DNA from: Sulfurimonas sp.
GTDB lineage: Bacteria > Campylobacterota > Campylobacteria > Campylobacterales > Sulfurimonadaceae
DNA length: 36,400 nt
Assembly (NCBI GenBank): GCA_041561855.1
Contig: JBFEYZ010000001.1
Coordinates: 1 to 36,400, forward strand
Direction: 5' to 3'
In this document: positions 35,201 to 36,400 of the stretch, in pieces
Position numbering within the stretch: position 1 is the first letter of the stretch
How the letters are laid out: each line of letters starts with the position of its first letter
Program-made: the position numbers and the translations under genes
Notes under the pieces: model-generated
The model's database searches: none
What the model was told of the DNA's origin: nothing
The model's input: the letters and a program-made list of their open reading frames with translations, nothing else

Positions 35201-35766
35201 AGAAGATAGACGAGCTTGACTATACTCTCTCTTCAGAGATAGAGAGCGCAAAAGACGGCTCTTATGCTATTTTTATAGGCAAAGTCGAAGAAATAACTAA
35301 AAAGACATCCAAAAAAGGAAACCAGTTCGGCATAGTAAGCCTTATGGATTTTCACGGAAATATAGAGGTTATGCTCTTTGCCGATAAGCTTGAAGAGCTT
35401 CAGGGCATGAATCTGAACGAACCTATTGCAATCAAAGCAAAAATAACGCATACCGAGATGTTTACAAGGATAGGCGTAAGTAAGCTTATGACGCTAAAAG
35501 AGGCGAAAAAAGAGACGCAAAAGACTAAAAAAGAGGTGCGTGAACTTCCTCAGGAGCCGATAAATCTGGCAATAAGACTGGATAATGATATGAGAGTCTT
35601 AGAGGATCTCTACAAGATAGTACGTCAAAATCCCGGTAACAGAGAGCTGAAAATAACTATAATTTCAAAACTCCAAAACGTGATAATCGACTCTGCCATA
35701 AGAGTCGACAGCAAGATTTTAACCGCGCTTGACGGCAATGAGTCTGTGGATATTATAGCTTCATAG
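32215..35766 (+). CDS. dnaE: DNA polymerase III subunit alpha
   Basis: HLHLHTEYSLLDG, GPGRGSAAGS, FERFLNPERVSMPDIDMDF, KFDFLGL, YQEQVMQ, YGFNKSHS; no intein-sized insertion. Confidence 0.99.
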   Translation: MSAQPFTHLHLHTEYSLLDGANKLTNLVSQVKKLGMDSVAMTDHGNMFGAIDFYKQMKDAGIKPIIGMEGYIHNGETLDDKSTKQRFHICLFAKDQKGYENLMYLSSKAFIDGFYYFPRINKKELREHSEGLICTSACLQGEVNWHLNTANERNVKNGALGYEGAKAVALEYKDIFGDDFYLELMRHGIGDQLHIDEQVLRLGNELGIKVVATNDTHYTFPDDAQYHEAFMCIGMNKLYDDPNRMRHSVHEFYLKSPQQMARLFADIPEAIAHTQEIVDKCNLELKLGDPIPPNFKFASEYAKKDGLEIKSTDNNEIDAEYFIYRCGIGLEERLKHVPHERHQEYRDRLKFEMDVINSMKFPGYMLIVWDFVKVAKEMGIAVGPGRGSAAGSLVAYSLGITDIDPMKYDLLFERFLNPERVSMPDIDMDFMQARRGEVIDYVVEKYGRNQVAQIITFGSLLAKGVIRDVARVLDMPLSQADAMAKLVPDELGITLNGKKKGDEFIAGAFQKEPKLQELIQNDANAARVWEFAKKLEGLKRNSGIHAAGVVISNEELWKKTPIYKPSGEDVFVTQYSLNYLEDVDLIKFDFLGLKTLDVIDNAIKLIKFRYGKDVIWHEINENDPKVYDVIRGGNTVGMFQIESSGMQDLNKRLKPDSFEDLIAVLALYRPGPMESGMLDSFIERKHGREKIEYTFEAMEPILENTYGVIVYQEQVMQIVQTIGGFSLGYSDIIRRAMGKKKDMSTYNDEFARGAQSQGLDYDKASKLFDLIEKFAGYGFNKSHSAAYAMITFQTAWLKTYYPNEFMAALLTSDKDNTDKVVRYIDETKRMGIELSPPDICDSQLEFSAITKDDKEIVLFGLGAIKGVGEAAVLSILETRKEGGDFTSLQDFVNRIEPSKVNKRVIESIIKAGGFDRFGYSRKALLDQIECIVDTAKDASQARKNAIGSLFGDDSEITTVELKLTNSSEYELKEILEFEKETLGFYVSGHPLDEFREKIDELDYTLSSEIESAKDGSYAIFIGKVEEITKKTSKKGNQFGIVSLMDFHGNIEVMLFADKLEELQGMNLNEPIAIKAKITHTEMFTRIGVSKLMTLKEAKKETQKTKKEVRELPQEPINLAIRLDNDMRVLEDLYKIVRQNPGNRELKITIISKLQNVIIDSAIRVDSKILTALDGNESVDIIAS

Positions 35767-35773
35767 GTTTTGC

Positions 35774-36085
35774 ATGAAAGATAAGATAAAAGCAAAAGCA
35801 AAAGAGATGGCACAAAACCCAAATACGCAAAAAGCGCTGCAGTCGATGAAGCCAGAGAAAAATTTTTGGGGTATAAGCGGAGTTATTCTTTTTTTTATAG
35901 TTCCTGAGTTTATTGCCTATGTCTGGGGTGTCGACATCACGGAGTTTGCAAAAAATCAGCTCTTAGAGCCTCAAAACTTTTTCTCTGCGCAGTATTATGA
36001 GCTTTTGGTTATGCTTTTTGAAGAGGGGATGAGCTATCTAAATCTTGCTATCGGCATAGCACTTCTTGTCTGGTTGTTTTTTTAG
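35774..36085 (+). CDS. Hypothetical two-TM membrane protein
   Basis: 103 aa; hydrophobic GVILFFIVPEFIAYVWG and LAIGIALLVWLFF; 7 bp after the dnaE stop. Confidence 0.75.
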   Translation: MKDKIKAKAKEMAQNPNTQKALQSMKPEKNFWGISGVILFFIVPEFIAYVWGVDITEFAKNQLLEPQNFFSAQYYELLVMLFEEGMSYLNLAIGIALLVWLFF

Positions 36086-36391
36086 ATGAGAGCGCAAGAC
36101 TTAAAACACGGTTTTTACGAGTGGGACGGCGATATTTTGGTGTTAAATATACTCGGTACTCCTATGGCAAAAAAAGATGTCATACTTAAACCAAAGGGCA
36201 ATCAGCTCAAAGTAAGCGTAAAAGCACAGCCCGAGAACGGGCGGGCAACGGATTATATGGTCTCGTTTCTTGCAAAGGAGTTCGGTGTGAGCGCATCTGA
36301 CATAGAGGTCGTTTACGGTCGTGAGAGCATACATAAACAGCTTCGTATAAAAGCACCTAAAAAGCTTTCGGGTGGAATAGAGTTTGAGTAG
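36086..36391 (+). CDS. DUF167/YggU (UPF0235) family protein
   Basis: P.AKKD, LKVSVKAQPENGRA, FLAKEFGV..SDIEVV.G..S.HK.LRI. Confidence 0.88.
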   Translation: MRAQDLKHGFYEWDGDILVLNILGTPMAKKDVILKPKGNQLKVSVKAQPENGRATDYMVSFLAKEFGVSASDIEVVYGRESIHKQLRIKAPKKLSGGIEFE

Positions 36392-36400
36392 AATTGAAGA

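Noticed and set aside
32215-35766. Intein or split in dnaE
   Set aside because: The length is normal (1183 aa), motifs are continuous and no intein terminal motifs were seen.

Overview
A gene-dense, AT-rich chromosomal window from a Campylobacterota (epsilonproteobacterial) genome, most like Sulfurimonas; this taxonomy is inferred from protein style, promoter style and gene content. Housekeeping genes (hisG, pdxJ-pdxA, dsbD, lpxB, tgt, efp, dnaE, a non-catalytic PyrC-like protein, YyaL, YceI, DUF465, DUF167) alternate with many signalling genes: three histidine kinases, an OmpR-type regulator, two GGDEF proteins, one GGDEF-EAL protein and a PilZ-motif protein. I found no tRNA, rRNA, CRISPR array, transposase, integrase or phage gene. 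The most notable observations are: (1) a tightly coupled operon, cytochrome c - lpxB - gnnB-like - gnnA-like - lpxA-like, in which the LpxA homolog is full length but has lost every catalytic histidine and the gnnA-like gene carries a 1-bp frameshift; (2) a 34-aa lipoprotein ORF, absent from the ORF track, between yyaL and pdxJ; (3) a possible branched phosphorelay built around a THI5/NMT1 + SBP double-sensor kinase flanked by two very similar receiver domains; (4) a TTGA-N6-TCAA Crp/Fnr (Nss)-type box at about -40 of a small unknown membrane-protein gene. All alignments were done by eye; no database searches were run.
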